Source of the DNA: a virus | Lineage: Duplodnaviria > Heunggongvirae > Uroviricota > Caudoviricetes | DNA length: 36,329 nt | IMG/VR virus record: IMGVR_UViG_3300017766_004476 | Location: 76,413-112,741 of that record | Reading direction: 5' to 3' (one strand) | Shown: one piece after another, positions 34,489 to 36,329 of the stretch | Position numbering within the stretch: position 1 is the first letter of the stretch | Layout: every line of letters begins with the position of its first letter | Program-made: the position numbers and the translations under genes | Notes under the pieces: generated by a model | What the model was told of the DNA's origin: nothing | The model's database searches: none | What the model saw: the letters and a program-made list of their open reading frames with translations, nothing else

Positions 34489-34576
34489 TGGCTCCAGGGG
34501 CTGGATTTGAACCAGCAGTGCTTTTTACGGCTGCGGATTAACAGTCCGCTGAGTTTACCAATTCTTCTACCCTGGA
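34489..34576 (-). tRNA. tRNA-Asn(GTT) with a long variable region
   Basis: TCCAGGG/CCCTGGA, GCGGA-CTGTTAA-TCCGC, 16-nt variable region, GCCA. Confidence 0.8.
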
Positions 34577-34583
34577 ATGTGAT

Positions 34584-34943
34584 TTACTTACTTTCTTTTA
34601 TAGCTGCTTTAAAGTTAGCACCTATTTCATTTAATCTAACATAGACACCGCGCATTATAATGTCAATACGTGGCGGTGTTTCGTGCATACCACCTAAATA
34701 CTCTTCACAGTAAAAGATTTTACCGACATTAAGAGCACCACCGTTTGCGGGGTCTTTTATGGACGACAATTGCTTTTCAAAATCCAGTTCATTATTCACC
34801 CAAAAGCAGAGAGCTGTAAGCTTTGTTAACTTAGCAGACTTTTCTTTGTAGAGCCTATCTCTCTCTGAGTATGAGATTATACTCGAAAAGTATTCTCTTA
34901 ACTCTGCTTCTGTTCCGACTATAATTTCGTCTTTTTTAACCAT
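34584..34943 (-). CDS. hypothetical protein
   Basis: 119-aa ORF in the tRNA array. Confidence 0.6.
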   Translation of the reverse strand: MVKKDEIIVGTEAELREYFSSIISYSERDRLYKEKSAKLTKLTALCFWVNNELDFEKQLSSIKDPANGGALNVGKIFYCEEYLGGMHETPPRIDIIMRGVYVRLNEIGANFKAAIKESK

Positions 34944-34986
34944 ATAAATATTATGAATTCATTTATAAGATTGCAATATTTGAATT

Positions 34987-35064
34987 TGGTCTCCCTAGCT
35001 GGATTTGAACCAGCATTATTCTTCACCCCAAATGAAGTGCCATACCAAGTTAGGCGATAGAGAG
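34987..35064 (-). tRNA. tRNA-Pro(TGG)
   Basis: CTCTCTA/TAGGGAG, CTTCA-TTTGGGG-TGAAG, ACCA. Confidence 0.9.
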
Positions 35065-35071
35065 ATAATTA

Positions 35072-35145
35072 ACAATATTAAAGGATTCGCACCTTTGACT
35101 CCGGCTTTGACGGCGCCGGCTGAGTTACTGTTACACCAAATACCA
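35072..35145 (-). pseudogene. degenerate tRNA (Asp-like, GTC in a 9-nt loop)
   Basis: CCGGC-GCCGTCAAA-GCCGG, AAAGG-TGCGAAT-CCTTT, weak acceptor, no CCA. Confidence 0.5.
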
Positions 35146-35154
35146 TTAATCGAA

Positions 35155-35225
35155 ACACATCAGCGGGATTTGAACCCACATCTCCTTCTTCTTGCGAAGG
35201 TGTAATTCCATTATACTATATATGC
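35155..35225 (-). pseudogene. degenerate tRNA (Gly-like body, loop GCAAGAA)
   Basis: CCTTC/GAAGG anticodon stem, TTCAAAT T loop, bulged acceptor, no CCA. Confidence 0.5.
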
Positions 35226-35230
35226 GCTTT

Positions 35231-35306
35231 TGGCGGGCTAGATGGGTATCGCGCCCACTATACACCGGTAGACAGCCGGTCGAATCGACTTTCCTTCTCC
35301 TAGCCC
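35231..35306 (-). tRNA. tRNA-Asp(GTC)
   Basis: GGGCTAG/CTAGCCC, ACCGG-CTGTCTA-CCGGT, GCCA. Confidence 0.8.
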
Positions 35307-35413
35307 AAAAATATTATCGGATTTCACATTATTGTTCCAACATCATATCCCTTCGAAGGTTTCCAATTATTAGATATGAGAGGTTGTCTCTCGATGTCGT
35401 TGTGAGTATTATA

Positions 35414-35483
35414 ATGAACCGAAAGGACTCGAACCTCTTACAACCCTTAAATAGGGCTATGTTACCGCTTACACTACGGGTTA
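35414..35483 (-). pseudogene. degenerate tRNA-Lys(TTT)-like
   Basis: AGCCC-TATTTAA-GGGTT (A at position 33), TTCGAGT T loop, mismatched acceptor. Confidence 0.5.
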
Positions 35484-35499
35484 TACCTCTTCAACATAT

Positions 35500-35573
35500 T
35501 GGCGGAGCCGATTGGATTTGCACCAATATTTCTACCTGCATGTGGTAGCGACCTAGAATTAGTCGACAGCTCC
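35500..35573 (-). tRNA. tRNA with nominal anticodon ATG in an atypical loop (Asp-like body)
   Basis: GGAGCTG/CGGCTCC, CTACC-ACATGCA-GGTAG, G73, CCA; all four stems intact. Confidence 0.65.
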
Positions 35574-35656
35574 ATTTTCGCTCCTGCAGCCCGTTACCTC
35601 TGCACCTTGGTCATCATAGTACCCTGTTCACGGACGTTAAAACTTTCAAGCGAATC

Positions 35657-35731
35657 GGTCGGAATAGAGAGACTTGCACTCTCAGCCTCCTGTCTCCAAA
35701 ACAGGCCGTCTACTATTGACATTATATTCCG
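35657..35731 (-). tRNA. tRNA-Pro(TGG)
   Basis: CGGAATA/TATTCCG, CCTGT-TTTGGAG-ACAGG. Confidence 0.8.
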
Positions 35732-35735
35732 AATC

Positions 35736-35827
35736 GGTGGGAAATGCTGGTAACGCTCCAGTTGCCCGACTTCTCATTTATTATTAAAAGGCAACGGTTT
35801 TACAGACCGCCAATGAGAACATTTCCC
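35736..35827 (-). tRNA. tRNA-Tyr(GTA)-like lacking a D stem, with an enlarged variable arm
   Basis: GGGAAAT/ATTTCCC, GCGGT-CTGTAAA-ACCGT, CTGG-AGCGTTA-CCAG. Confidence 0.6.
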
Positions 35828-35891
35828 CTCTACGTTGAATTTCTTCAACGTATCGAACTATCTTGAATAATTTCTTATTCTCAATTCGAGC

Positions 35892-35977
35892 GGTGGTACA
35901 TGAAGGTAACGCTCCTTCTCAGTCGTTGGACAACCGGGTTACAGCCGGTGCAGCGTACTTTAGCTGTATAATGTACC
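35892..35977 (-). tRNA. tRNA-Tyr(GTA)
   Basis: GGTACAT/ATGTACC, ACCGG-CTGTAAC-CCGGT, long variable arm. Confidence 0.8.
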
Positions 35978-35978
35978 A

Positions 35979-36053
35979 TGGCTCCAGAGGCTGGTTCTGC
36001 CCCAGCACCTTTCGTCTTAACAGGACGGAGGACTACTGTTATCCCACTCTGGA
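35979..36053 (-). tRNA. tRNA-Asn(GTT)
   Basis: TCCAGAG/CTCTGGA, loop CTGTTAA, GCCA. Confidence 0.85.
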
Positions 36054-36134
36054 ATTAAAGACAAGCTCGGAGTTTTACCGCTCTTACAAGCCCTACTGAT
36101 CGCGCTAGGGAAGACCTTTCTTTCGTACAAAATT

Positions 36135-36252
36135 TGGTGGGTAGAGGACGATTCGAACATCCGAAGAGCTCCGCCTGAGTAGGCTTTGGGGTACCAACTC
36201 CCCGTATTAGGAGTAATATTAACTCTCCCAACTCATACTGCTCCATCCACCC
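36135..36252 (-). ncRNA. tRNA-like RNA with D and anticodon arms replaced by a multi-hairpin domain
   Basis: GGGTGGA/TCTACCC-ACCA, GGATG-TTCGAAT-CGTCC, internal helix GAGC/GCTC enclosing about 75 nt. Confidence 0.6.
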
Positions 36253-36329
36253 AAAAAAGTGGTTGCAGATATTTTCAGAAGCTTCAATCTTTCGGTCATG
36301 ACTCCGAAAGTCCGGTATCTGCGGTAACT

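Noticed and set aside
35578-35654. Additional tRNA gene
   Set aside because: Acceptor-like and T-like stems exist, but loops are oversize, the anticodon arm is weak and there is no CCA; at most a remnant
2243-36099. All plus-strand ORFs in the track (e.g. 9742-10026, 13792-14211, 22553-22855, 25220-25585, 33528-33914, 35192-35548)
   Set aside because: They shadow well-supported minus-strand genes or tRNAs and show no recognisable motifs
36055-36134. Additional tRNA gene between tRNA-Asn and the tRNA-like RNA
   Set aside because: Hairpins are present but no consistent cloverleaf or CCA
29173-36246. Minus-strand ORFs 29173-29355, 31216-31446 and 36055-36246, and the 5' extensions of ORFs ending at 28092, 29209, 30925 and 31957
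   Set aside because: They are frames running through tRNA or tRNA-like genes; downstream Met starts fit better
1-36329. Alternative genetic code (TAG or TGA reassignment)
   Set aside because: Recognisable proteins are full length under the standard code, and all three stops occur at plausible gene ends
26803-36329. Bacterial chromosomal tRNA island or prophage attachment site
   Set aside because: No integrase, rRNA or housekeeping operon; single-strand organisation with virion-type genes and small hypothetical ORFs fits a large phage better

Overview
This window looks like part of a large, AT-rich dsDNA (jumbo-type) bacteriophage genome. Every credible gene is on the minus strand. 1.9-8.5 kb holds virion/receptor-binding-type genes (beta-helix, 14-residue-repeat, coiled-coil and LamG proteins). 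8.5-27 kb is an accessory block with an HNH nuclease, a 2H phosphoesterase, a coenzyme-A-related cluster (CoaB-like/class II aldolase fusion, CoaD-CoaE fusion, HD hydrolase), a Thg1-like guanylyltransferase, YqeY, an AAA+ ATPase, a TrpC-like barrel and an Apyc1-like metallo-beta-lactamase. It also holds a tmRNA with a 35-residue tag and an approximately 850-nt GOLLD-like structured RNA. 26.8-36.3 kb is a dense array of about 30 tRNA and tRNA-like genes, many non-canonical. Within the array are a compact (about 225 nt) RNase P RNA, a circularly permuted tRNA-like RNA, a tRNA-Phe with a 74-nt D-loop insertion and several tRNA shells with rearranged interiors. The strongest candidates for new biology are the phage CoA module and the phage RNA-processing/tRNA-mimic system. 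All calls are manual motif recognition and hand folding; no searches were run.
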